Source: Paragordius varius (taxonomy: Eukaryota; Animalia; Nematomorpha). From it: a DNA stretch of 64,000 nucleotides. The number at the start of each line of letters is the position of its first letter. Position 1 is the first letter of the stretch. Location of the stretch: positions 6,138,001-6,202,000 of the forward strand of contig OZ176051.1 in assembly GCA_964247055.1 (NCBI GenBank). The letters are read 5' to 3'. Positions 39,693 through 53,200 of the stretch are shown here, one piece after another. The translations under genes and the position numbers were made by a program. The notes under the pieces were generated by a model. The model was given only the letters and a program-made list of their open reading frames with translations, ran no database searches and was not told the origin of the DNA.

Positions 39693-42035
39693 TATATAAT
39701 ATTTCGATTGTATCATGCTTTAATAAATTCATTAGCATACATTTTATTAGTGCTTATCGGGGACATTTTTCAGGTTCAATCATATTAATTATAAATTGGT
39801 TATTTAGGAAATCAAATGATTTCTCAAACATCAGCTGGAGAGTACAGAGTGATGACACAACTTGTTGAAATAGCAGATTTAGCAGATCGATCGGTGCAAT
39901 CGCTTGATTATTCCACCGAAACTAACAAGTATATTTTAGTTTATTTTGTAAGAAAATTCTCTTTTTACAAAAATTTAAATAGTTTTTTTTTTGTTATTTA
40001 TTTTAGAAGACGGCTAGCTCCAAGTATTTCCTCCGTTCACGGCAAGGGTAATAGCGTAAACAATACAACATCACAGGCACTCTGCGTAACAGTCAACGCT
40101 CGTTAAACAAACGCAATTATTCGAATGAAAAAATATGGATATAAGGAAAAAGCATCAAATTGAAAATGAGAGTTAAATCATAAATTCTTACAAAAATCAA
40201 AGAAACTTAAACATTGATATTGAAGCAAACTTTTATTTAAATTTAAGGAACGATAATAATGAATATTCCAATCAATTATGGATCTAAATTATAAAAGAAA
40301 TCAATAACTTGATTGTTCATCCGCTTATAGACAAAATAAAATATCCCACTATGATGAACCTTAAAGATGATAGGAACAATGAAAAAAATGATAATCAATT
40401 TGGTTTTGGTAGTGACGGTGTACTTATTAATATGTCAGGCTCGTGACGCTCTAAAGAAATGGTGATTGAAAGTGTATTAGATATTGAAAAAATAAAAATA
40501 AATAATAAAAATATATTGTATTTGTGAAGCTCTCTTTGAAGGCAATTTTTTTAAATAGAGATTGAATTTTGCGTTTTTCGTTATATTCTGCCTGACCCGT
40601 TGATTGCCATATCCAAGTAAATAATGTTTTTTAAGCAAATTAGTTTTGAATATATGGCATTTGTCGTATTTTAATTATTGTAATTAGACTTACAATTCCA
40701 TACAATACTTTTTGTTTATTTTTTCATGACGGATCATGTTCTAGAATATTGCTGTAAATGTTATATCAATCCAAAACATAAGTTATCGATAGATCTTGTT
40801 AACCGCAAAATAAAAAAAATCTTTGTATCTGGATCTAGTTTTATTTTGGTCTCTTTCTATTAAAGAGTTTTTAAAATAACAATTTTTTAATTATAACATT
40901 ATCAAATCAACAATTGTAAAATAAAATTAGTAATAAATACTTTAACATTTTTAGCGTAAAATATAAAAATGGCACAAACCTGTGGTATCCTATTATACCT
41001 TTCATTAGCCGTGAGATTCCAATATATAGTCACGGTTTTTTCCCAAAAATTTATTTCAATAATAAATAGATTGAAAAACTACGTAAATAATAATGCCTGT
41101 GCTTCTCTTCAAGTGTTTTAGGAAGATAATCTGAAAATAATTGATGGACGAGAGAAAAATGTTACCATATTATCTATTTTTGAAAAGTCATTCTTAAACG
41201 ACAAATTTTAAAAATATGATGTTTATTAGATATGGTAAACCATAAATTATCATATAATTAAGCATACAATTTAACCAATAATTTTGTTAAAAAATCAAAA
41301 TATTGTGGATCACTTATTTTAGCAAATTAGTAAAAATTTGCTTTTTTAAAGTTAATGTATCTTCTATAATATCATATACTGTATATATTTTTGCCGAAAG
41401 ACGTGTCATAACGCTGTAAATATTCTCTAGAACCACACTTAAGAAGCATTAGCGCGGCCGTGTTCTGAAACATATAAGAGCGTAACAGCGTAATAGGACG
41501 GCAAAGGACTTCCTTTATGGATAGCGTAGAGTGTCACGTTTTTTTCAGGGCACTTAGATTCCATACTCGTTCCGCACAACAGTGACAATATAAAAAATTA
41601 AAATATTTTTGCTGAAATCACCATTTTTGAACATCGTTAATAGTATAAAATAACAATTTTAATCTCTTTTGTCGATTATAGGTCCCGTATAAGCAATTTA
41701 GATTGCTAGTTTATATTGCCAAATAGTATATGCGACAAACAGCATCAATATTGATTAACTAAATGCGGAAAAGGCAAAATAAGTATATGCCAAAATATTT
41801 TTCTTTTCATGATCTGCTATCTGGCAATAATTAATGAAAAACCAGCAATGTATAACACATACTATATCTTGTCATATAAAGTTTCCTTTCTATTCGCTAA
41901 GCAATTTACTTATATATTATATGTATCCAAAAATATTTGGATGAAAAGGATATATTATATTTTTGAAAAAGTATCAAAATTCACATGGTGCTTTCGTTGA
42001 GGTTTTCATTTATCACTAGAACAATATTAATTAGA

Positions 42036-44058
42036 TCTTACTATATATTTATAAAAATGTAAAGTGATGGCTTTGTGATTTGTTTCCGGAAAACCGGTAG
42101 ACCCATTCAAATCCAAATATCGAAATAACATAATCATAAATGAATCCCCCGACAATAACTTCGGTCCCCAGTTCGGGCCTACCCCGTGTAAAAAACGGTT
42201 TTTTTCAAAAAAAACATGCCTACAAAAATTGTGTCTTTGAGACAGATTTCCGGAAAACATGTTGGACCATTCACCATTCGATTTCAAATATGTTTTTTTA
42301 CTTTTTTCGATTGCGCCGAACATAGACAGCTCACCTCTTTAATTTAGGGCCTCTATTTACCCTCTCCGCCCGTAAAATGCCATTTTTTTAAAAATTAAAG
42401 TCCACAAAAATAATTTTTTGAATCTATTTTTCGCCCAAAGTATAAGACCCTAAATTTTATTAGGATTCCAGGTAATCCCTGTTAAAAGGAAAAAATTTTA
42501 ATCAAGCTCTTTGATGATAGCTGCTGGGTAAAGAGATACTCGCTAAAAACTGACCCGTCATATCAAAAGGAGTGCCTTTGGGGCTAAATTTCAGAAAACC
42601 TATCAGGCCATATGAGTTCAATAGATGCTTAAAATTTTAGCCGTAACAAAAATTTAGGTCATTCGGTTTTTTACAATTAGCCGTTAATTAGGCCCACGCC
42701 CTGAAAAGCGCAGAATAATTTTTTATTTTTAAGGCAATTTTCCCAGAAACTAATGAGAGTACATGGAATCAATCATAATTTTAGATATTCCGTAAAAAGG
42801 CAAAAATTTTAATCAAGCGATTTTTTTGTATCAGCCTCACCTGCCCGCCCTAAAACTGCTCCACCATAGCAAACTTGGTTGTTTGGGAGTTAATATTCAG
42901 AAAGCTTGTCGGGCCATATAAGTTTTATAAGAGTTTGTAATATGACCCGTAAAACGGCAAAATTAAGTAGAGCTGTTTTATTAAATTATTCCTTTAAGCC
43001 CTTCTGAAAAATGCGCCACCATAGAATGAGTTTTTGGCTTAAGGCAATTTTTCCAAAATCAGAGCATATGAAAATAATCATGATTCCAGGTTTTAGCCGT
43101 ATTAAGGCAAAAATTTTAATTGAGCGTTTTGTTTCGCCCCGGGTTAGGGGACACGTGTAAAACTGCCTCACCATATTGATACAGAATGCCTTTGGAGCCG
43201 AATTTCAGAAAACCCATGAGACTGATGGGAATATATGGAATTCAAGATAATTCCAGAAAGGCAAAATTTTTGCCCAACGCTTTCTAATGCTTGTCCTTGG
43301 GTAAGGAGCTATCGCCAAAAGCTGCCCCACTATATACAAATAGCGTGGTTTTGAAGCTAATTTACATAAAATTTATGAAGACATATGAGCTCTTGAAATA
43401 CCTTCAACTTAAAAATTAAGGTCAGTGTTCTTTATAAGCCGTTAATTTGGAACCCTATGTCCTGAAAATACGCCATCATATAAAGTGTTGAGTTATTATT
43501 ACAAATAACCCATGAGACGATAGTATTAAAGATGATTCCAAATATTGCCCTATAAAGGCAAATATAACTCAGCGCATTTTCCATATAGGTCTATGGGTAG
43601 GGGTCTACCGGTTTAAAACTGAGACGCCATGCAAAAATGGCGTACTTTTGGAGTTATTTTTAAAAAATTTAAGAAGCCATACCAATTAAACACATTTCTG
43701 GGGAATTGGTATAATATCATTCTTTCCTTTAAAAAGATACCACAAATAGTTTATTTTTTATATCCATTAATCCCAGCTGTGAACACAATTTCAAAATAAC
43801 ACTTTTAACCATGATTTCGAAAAATAAAAATCTTAAATAAATTTAATAATAGTTGAATATTAACTTTAATAAGGGACATGGTCGATTTCGAGTCAATATT
43901 TGAGCCTATGCAAAATTCCGTAAAAGAATAATATTTAAAGACATTCTTTTTATTGAATATGTTTTTATTATTTTTTGTCTCCATTACCTCTATTTATTGC
44001 AAATGATTAACAATAATTATCGGTGAGACTGCGTCACAGCGAAGCGTGACGGAGCTAG
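42036..44058 (+). mobile_element. Non-autonomous Helitron (copy A)
   Basis: 5' TCTTACTATATATTTATAAAAATG; 3' hairpin CGTCAC-AGCGAAGC-GTGACG followed by CTAG; inserted between A and T with no TSD. Interrupts duplication unit 2 only. Confidence 0.82.
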
Positions 44059-44534
44059 TATACAATAAAACTCTTCTTTACATATGCAATATATGTAGGA
44101 ATATATGCGGTTCCATTTCTTAACTTGTAAGAAATTTATTATCCCAAAAATATAATTTAAATTTGTTTTTTACAGGTGTAAAGAACTTGTTTTAACGATT
44201 TTTTTCTTTCTGATGTTAAAAATAATGTCACATTGGTAGATTAAAATCAAGATTTGTCCTAATTACTAAAAATCATAATGATATTATTTATGAGCATATT
44301 CATTTCTATTAAATAAAATTTAACATGATATAATTTTTGTAATTATTGTCATTGTTAAAGGTCCCATGTCTAGTGAGTGAATCAACAGTTGATCTATAAT
44401 ACGAAAATCCAAGGCAGGACATCGAATATACTCTAATACTGCATTGTTGTACCAGACATTTATCGTTTTATTACTGTTGACAATCATCCATAAATGAACA
44501 TAATTTTTGGTTTGAGTTAAACTGAACTAAAAAT

Positions 44535-44583
44535 ATAATATATATATATATATATATATATAAATATATATATTTTGACTCAG

Positions 44584-44612
<29 letters not shown>
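44535..44612. repeat. Interrupted (TA)n microsatellite
   Basis: Two TA runs separated by TTTTGACTCAG. Confidence 0.9.
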
Positions 44613-44615
<3 letters not shown>

Positions 44616-44689
44616 AATATTAAATGCGCTTTGCTATGGGGGTTTATAAGTTTTTAAAGCGAACTAATAAGCACGGTTAAGCCTGAATA

Positions 44690-47600
44690 ATAAATTGTTC
44701 TGCATTCAAGACTGATTCAGTATTATGGACTATAAATGTTTGCATAACCTCTTTTTATTATAAAGGTCAAAAACTCAAGGAGCACACAGCTTGTCTAAAA
44801 TTATCCAAGTAATATTGATTAGCGGGAATTCGATACATGAAATATATGTTTCTGTTTAGTTATATTGACTTAGTTACGGATTAATATTGTCCAAAATATG
44901 TTTGCTATATTTTAATATTACATTATTTAAAAGGTTTAAATTTCCCAATGATATTTAATATAACATAAATATTAAATATACTATGGATGTTGATTCTGGA
45001 TGAATAGTGAGTCGAGTTTTGTTGACACAATCAATCATTGAAAATTGGCAGCTTCTCATCAATCTTTTTGTCACAATAAACTGAATAAGTCAAATATGCA
45101 TATAACTTTATGCTTTTATATAAAACATCCATGGTAAGAACAACTTTTTATTCTGAATTTATTCAATAAGAATTAATTTTATAGGGTGTGTTTTTAAAAA
45201 ATATTGGTTAATTGAGCTATAGGACGGGCTTTTTTCACAAAATAAAAAACAATAAAAGTTAACCACAATTTTGTAAATAATAATATATTTTGTATAAGTG
45301 TATTAACAAAATTTTATATAATTATTGAGGAAAGTACTAAAAAATAATAAATTTTTATAAACATAGTAGGCCGGTAAAATTTATGAATAAATCAATTTTT
45401 AGCACATTAAGCGGTTTTTACCCCATTAGCTGGTATTACAACATATATAATGTATATATAACATTTACAATTCAAATTCACCCTTATAAAATTCAAATTT
45501 ACCGTAAAAATAAATCATGTGTTAATCTAATATAACTCATCATTAATACTTGGATACAACACATTCATTTTAATCCTTCGATTCAAATTGGGGTGGTCAA
45601 ATACCCCGAGTCTGTTTAAAATTGAATTCTTTGAAAAATATGGAAGGAATCACCATGGCAAAATTTTGCACTTATATAACATTAATAAACGGAAATATAT
45701 AAAATTTTTTATTAATAATACTTGATTTTACTTATTTTAAGCTAAAACCGAAATGTAAAAATTTAGTCAACGTGACATGTGAGCAATGTTAAAATTGAAA
45801 AATAATACAAAATAAACCGCTTTTTCTACTATCATTGTTAAATGTAATTTAAATAAAAATAAGCTTTAATTTTACCCTTAAAATTAAATGAAGACGTTAT
45901 TTTGCAAAAATTTTGTAAAATAAAAATGGCGTCGAAGTGGTTTGACATGAAATTTTTTTTCAAAACAAAATTTTATATAGATATTTTGGCATATTTAATT
46001 ATTTTGTTTAGGATAGAAGCATAAATTTAAATTGACCGTTTCCTTCAGCAGTTTTTAAAAAATAATAATTTAAATTTAGTCTGGTGTATTTAAATACCCC
46101 AATTTAAATCAAAGTGTTAAAAAGAAATATATTTTTATGGAATAGTTTATTATTTTTTCAGTATTATATTAATTTTAAACGAAATTCAATTTTTAAAAAT
46201 ATGAAAAATATAGGTAATTTTTAATCTTAAAAAACACAAAATTTATTTTTTGAATTGTTCAAGGGTTAATTCCGTAAATGGTAAATATTATATGGTTTAA
46301 TAGAATTTAAATATATCTACATTACAATATTATTTCATAAATTCACTAGCGTAAATCTCGGACTGCTACGTGTCCTGAGGAAGTCCTTCAGAGTTCTTGG
46401 GGGGTGGGAGCGCTTTTTGAAAAAAGGGATCCACAAGATTATCCATATATTTGGATTATTTCGAAACATCATTTAATAGTTATGATCTCATAGGATTTTC
46501 AAAACGGTGCTTCATAGAATTTTTAAAAATGTGCCTTCATATTAATATTGTTTACTGGTGTGAAATCCCCAAATTGACGGCTAACGGAAAAAGCCGCTAT
46601 ACTATAATTTTTACTTTTGTATGGGTATTATTTAAAACCTTATTTAAACTCGTAGGCTTCTTAAGTTTTTTGAAAATAAGTTCCAAAACACGACAATTAT
46701 AAATACCGTCTCAGTTTTAAACCGGTAGACCCCTACCCATAGACATATATGGAAAAAGCGCTGAGTTAAATTCTTTGCCTTTATATGGCAAATATTTGGA
46801 ATCATCTTTGATACCATCGTCTCATGGGTTATTCGAAAAACCTCAACACTATAAATCGTTATAATGATGATTTTTAGGGCATAAAAGACTCAATTTAACG
46901 GCTAATAAAAAACGCCTGACCTTAATTTTTACTTAGTTACGAGTAATATTTCATAAATGAGCTCATATGGCATAAATATTTTGTAAATTAGGTCTAAAAC
47001 AACGCACTTTCTATATAGGGGGTAGTTTTTGGCGGGTAGCTCCTTGCCCAGGGGCAAGTATTAAAAAAGCGTTCGGCAAAATTTTTGCCTTCATATGGGG
47101 AATATCTGGAATTATCATGGATTCCATATGTTCCTATAAGTTCTTGAAAATATTAAAAATTTGTTTAAGGCAGCGCATTTTTCAGGGCGCAAAACATTAT
47201 TTAGCGACTTATTGAAATGGCCCCCTATACTAAAATATTTGTTTTTCATGGGGTATTAAATTTAGGCCTTTATTGAACTCATTTAGTCTCATAGGTTTGA
47301 AATTTGACTTTAAGCATGCTGTATCGATATGGTGGCGGACTTTTTTCGCGGGTAGCCCCCTAACATGCAAAAAACGCTTGATTTTTTGCATTAATTCGGG
47401 TAATAGCTGGAATCATGATTGATTCCATATGCTCTTATGGAATTTTCGAAAAATTGACTCATAACCAAAAAGTCATTCTAGGGTGGCGCATTTTTCAAGG
47501 CGGTGGCTTAATTAAGGGGTATTTAAATAAAACCGTACTTTTTACAGGTAATATTCCGAAGTAAACTCATATGGCCTGATAAGTTTTCCAAAATTTGCCT

Positions 47601-50205
47601 CCAAAATCAGGCTGTATCAGTATGGTGTCGCAGTTATCGGCGGGTAGCCTCCTACCCAGAGGCCAATATAAAAAAGACGTTCGATAAAAAAATTTGCCTT
47701 TATAGGGAAATACCTGGAATCATCATTGAATCCATATGTTCTAAATAGTTTTTGGAAGAATGGCTTCAAAACTAATAAGAGTTCAATGATAGCCTGATTT
47801 TTAAAGCAAGGGTCTAATTAACGGCTAATTCCGCAAGGCTTAGATTTTTGCTATGGGTAAATTTTAGCTTATTAAACTTATATGGCCTGATAAGTTTCTA
47901 AAAAATAATTCGTAAACAGCATAATTTCGATATGGTATCGCAGTTTTAGGCGGGTGGCTCCTACCTAGAGGCTGATGAAAAAAAACGCTTGATTAAAATG
48001 CCTTTTTACGGCCTGAAATTATGATTGATTCCATATGCTCTCATTAGTTTTTCAAAAAATTGCCTCAAAACCAAAAAGTCATTCTATGGTGGCGCATTTT
48101 TCAGCGCAAGGGCTTAATTAAGGGGCATTTTAATAAAACCGCACGATTTAAATTTTTGCCTTGTTACGTATAATATATTAAGCATCTATTAAACTCATAT
48201 GGTCTGATTGGCTTTTCTGAAATTTAATCCCAACGGCTATATCGTATGACAGGGCAGTTTTTAGCGCTTTTTACCCAGCAGCCAATATAAAAGAAACGCA
48301 CAACTTCAATTTTTGCCTTTTTACGGAGAATACCTGGAATTGATTCCATATGCTCTCATTAGTTTTTGGAAAAATTGCCTCAAAATTAAAAAATCATTCT
48401 ATGGTGGCGCCTTTTTCAGGGCGTGAAAGGTCTAATTAACGGCTAATTTTAAAAGGCCGCACCTAAATTTTTTGTTACAGGTAATATTTTAAGCACCTAT
48501 TGAACTCATATGGCTTGATAGGTTTTCTAAAATTTAGCCCCAAAAGCACGCTATTTTGATATGATGGGCCGTATAAAAAAACGCTGACTAAAACTATTGC
48601 CTTTTAACATTCTCATTGAATTTTTAGAGTCTCATACCGGGGAAAAAAACAGATTTGAAAAATTATTTTTGTGGACTGGTTTTTTTGAAAGAAATGACAT
48701 TTTAGATGAGTAATGGGTAAAAAGAGGGCCTAAATTAAAGAAGCGAGCCGACTATGTTTGACGCAATCGAAAAAAGTAAAAAAATCATATTTGAAATCAA
48801 ATGGTGAATGGTCCAACATATTTTCCCGAAAATTGTCTCAAAGACACGATCTTTGTGGACTTATTTTCAAAAAAACCGTTTTTACGCAGGGTGGCCCGAA
48901 CTGGGGCCTTATTCAAAAAAAGGGCGAAGCTATTCTCGGGGCATTCATTGATTCTATTTATTCGACATTTGGATTTGAATGGGTCTACCGGTTTCCGACT
49001 GATCACAAAGCCAGCATTTACCATTTTTATAAGTATAAAAGATAGATATAGATAGATTATGCAAAACAAATAACTTAAGTTGTACAATGTAGATTTTATA
49101 AAAAAACTTTATTGTCTGTATGATAGGGAATTACTAGTTAATGTTGTTTTAGGAGTAAAATGAATAAATATATTTTATCTAATCTCAAAGCACAAACTCG
49201 CAAACGAATAAAATCAAAGTTTAAGATGAATAAAAAATATGCGCTCAATTCTCTTCTTGATATAATTTAATTATCAATGTGTCTGCAAAAATTTTGACTT
49301 TCAAAATCATTAATTTATTTTAAAAACATAGCTTTTAAATTAACTTTTTAAACTATATTGAGCTTTTAATATTCAAAAATAAGGAAACTCCTTATCAAAG
49401 TATATATTTTTAAATAACTATATCAAACCGTATAAATATAATTTCAATCAAAATATATTTTCATCACATAAATTATATAAATAAATTACTTCATTTAGTG
49501 TTATGTTGATATCCGAATCCGTAAATTTAACCAATTCATAAAGTTTGTTATTGAAAAATTTTATCATTTCCATAGATTGATTATAAATATGGGAGAAGTT
49601 TGCGTGAATATATCCAAAAACACTGTTTCCTTGTCTGATTAATTTTGCTTTTCTGTAATGAAAGTTGTTATATCAACATACTGGGCATTAGTAGCCACCA
49701 AAAGATTTTAAATTCAAACCCATTCAAAAAATAAATTGGGACAAATATAAAATATGCCATCTTTATTTTTTTCAACGGACATCAAAAAATATAAAAACTT
49801 GGCCATTTTTAGGATTTTTTAATATCGCTAAAACAGTAAGCTAATAAATGTAGATTATGGTAAAAAATACATTATCTTTATATTTTAGCAGCAAATTAAA
49901 TATTCGGATCTAAAAATAGCTGAATTGGTCTGAGCTGCCAATTCCAGACTTAAAAAATAAAGGGTAAGGAATATAACCTTAAAATTTAAAGCAGGCGAAA
50001 AAGTTGATTATTTAATTTAGCAAGCAACTTTCGAAAACAGTAGTTTCTATGTTTGAGCTCTGTAGTACAAAAACTAACCCAAAATGTTATTTTCAGCAAA
50101 AAAATGTAAAGGTAATAAATAAAGTCATATAATATTATTTGAATTCAATGTTTCAATTTTCATTTACCATTCATCATTGGCCCATTAAATAATATGTACA
50201 CACAA

Positions 50206-50288
<83 letters not shown>

Positions 50289-53200
50289 CCATACATTCCG
50301 TTACAAAGAACCCAATTATTTTTTAAAATGCGAGGGTGTCAATAATTATTGTTTCAGGTGACTCATTTAGATAAAACAAAATCAGTATTTAGAAATAAAA
50401 TTGGGGTCAAACGCAATATTTTCATAAGAAATAATTGCCAAAAATTGCGTCAAAATAAAGAAATTTCGCTATAACATATAGAGTCGATCAATTTTATCAT
50501 AGATAATATATTTATTATGGCACTCAATTAATATTTAATTTATAATTTTTTTAAAAAAACGTGGGTTAAAAAATTTTATCAGGTAAAAAATATTCATAAA
50601 ATCTAATGCCAATACTTATAAAGTTAATTTAAATTTTTGTATACGATTGAATTTTGTTATATAAAATTTTAAGGTGTTACCTCGCGGTAATAAGTTTAAT
50701 TGATGTATAAATTTCAAATCTTAAACATTTTATAAACTACTAGTGTAAATCTCGTGCTGCTACGCAGCCCGAGGAAGTCCTTCGGACTTCTGGGGGGGGG
50801 AGGGTTATTTGAAAAAAGGGACAATAAAATGATCTACATATGTGGATCATTTCGAAAAATTATTTAATAGCTATGATCTCATAGGAATCTTAAAACGGTT
50901 TCATACTAATTTATTGTTTACTTGGGGGATATTTTGTGGACTTTGTTTTTTTTATAAAAATGGCATTTTAAGGGGGTAGCGGGTAAAAAGTGGGCCTAAA
51001 TCAAAAATGTGAGTCGACTATGTTCAGCGCGATCAAAAATAAGTAAACAAAAATCATATTTGAAATTGAATGGTCCAACACGTTCTCCAAAAAATTGACT
51101 TAACCCATTTTTCACACGGGGTGAGCCCGAACTGGGGACCTAATTCCAAAAAAGGGCGAAGCTATTGTCGGGGCATTCATTAATGATTAAATTTTTTCGA
51201 TGTTTGGATTTGAATGGGTTCACCGGTTTTCCGGAAACAGATCACAAAGTTACATGAAAAATCAGTTTTTAGCGGATAGCTCCTTACCCAGCAGCTATCA
51301 TCAAAGAAACGCCTGAATAAAATTTTTCCCTTTAAACAGGGAATACGTGGAATCCATATTGAATTTTTACGGTCTCATACCTAGGGCGAAAAATCGATTT
51401 AAAAAATTATTTTTGTGGACTATGTTTTTTGAAAAAGGTGGCTTTTCACGGGGGGAGCGGGTACAAAGAGGGCCTAAATCAAAAAAGTGGCTCGGCTATG
51501 TTCAGCGAAATCGAAATTAAGTAAACAAAAATCATATTTAAAATTGAATGGTCCAACACGTTCTCCGGAAAATTGTCTCAAAGACACAATTTTTGTGGAC
51601 TTATGTTAAAAACCCGTTTTTCACACGGGGTGGGCCCGAACTGGGGGCTATTTCAAAAAAGGGCGAAGCTATTGTCGGGGCATTCATTAATAATTATATT
51701 TTTTCGATATTTGGATTTGAATGGGTCTGCCGGTTTTCCTGTACCAGATCACAAAGCTACCATTTTCCATTTTTATAAATATATAGATTAATTATCATAA
51801 ATTTGCTTATTTGGCCATAAAATCTTTGACGATCAAACATAGTGTATATTTAACAAAATTTTAAATAGACCGTATATTACATTAACCACGATGGAATCGT
51901 TCGCGATAATTTATAAAAATTTTATAAAACTATTCAGAAATGGCTCCAAAAAATTAGCTTTTGATACTTTTCGTGTCTAATAAATAATTTAAAACGTTCC
52001 ATTTAGGGTAAAAGCCATAATTTATCAGCTGTTAAAGACATTTTGTATTTATTCCTTTTGTATGGTGTTTGAATTATATTTTTTCGGATTTAGAAAGCCT
52101 AAAATTCTCTATTTTGAAACGTACAAAGATAAAATTAACACACTTAATGCTATTTTTTATTATGAATTGGGAAAATTTGATGCATTCATAGTTTTTCATT
52201 CAATAGCATCCAAATGATTCCATATCACATAATTTAATAAATTGGGAAAAAGCAATATTATTAAAACTTATTTGGTTAGATGAAAAAAAAATAAACCCGC
52301 ACCAAAGTAAAATTTTGTAAATTAACATCGTTGTGAGAGACATAGGTGAATAGGAATGGATTGTTAAATCATGAATTATCGCGAAAAATTGTAATGTACA
52401 ATTATTGTTTCCATAAATTACAATTGTTTCATATATATTCACATATATATTATCAATTGTAATTATTAATCTACATTATCTAAATATTGTCAAGATATTA
52501 TTTTATGAAAATAAAATAATAAAATCGTAAAATTATTTAATAAAACTATAACCTTAATTTTCTAAATCCATGGCCAGTGTCATTCAAATTTACAATTTTC
52601 ATAGTACTTTCATTGTTAGGAAGTATTATAGTGCATACGTCTTCCAGCCTTATGAAAACTTGAATATAAAAGATACACCGTAAAAAATAATCATTTTCTA
52701 ATAATATATATTTTTGCAATCTAAAAAATAAGTGTTTTTGAATTTAATTTGAAATTTAAAAATTATAAATTGTTTTTTACAGACTTTAAAGTAGTCATTA
52801 TCACAACATCATGTATTTGCCCTGTCAACAAGCATTTAGCATTGATGACATTAATTTCAGTGTCATAAAATCACCTCCCTCATATACTATATAAATGCCA
52901 AAACATATACTATTTTTCGAATTATATTAATGAAAAACGGCTAAATAATGTTGAGAGTAGTGATTATCAATAGTCAAATATTTAGTAATATTTGTTTCAT
53001 TTTTATTATTGGTTAATTAGAGCTAGGGTCAAGGTATAAAAGTCTCCCAAAGTTTCACTCAAAAAATTGTTTCTTGTTCATGAAATGGAGTATAATACAG
53101 TGTCCACAGAAAATAACCTGATAAAAATATATGTAATCTGATCAGGATTATCATGGTGCCTTTGGTTTTGGCTCTTACGAGAGCTCTTTCGAGTGATAAA

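Larger units (their letters stand above)
34250..44259 (+). repeat. Tandem segmental duplication, unit 2 (about 8 kb plus a 2 kb Helitron)
   Basis: Homology with unit 1 resumes after the Helitron: 44065-44250 matches 34050-34245. Confidence 0.9.

Noticed and set aside
44325-44520. Minus-strand frame HLWMIVNSNKTINVWYNNAVL with a LamG-like look
   Set aside because: Only about 65 codons, no clean splice link to neighbouring exons, and the similarity is too vague.
42027-51791. Recurring similar ORFs (42027-42325, 48758-49087, 51548-51791)
   Set aside because: They lie in the shared Helitron 5' block, occur on both strands, and differ in frame between copies.
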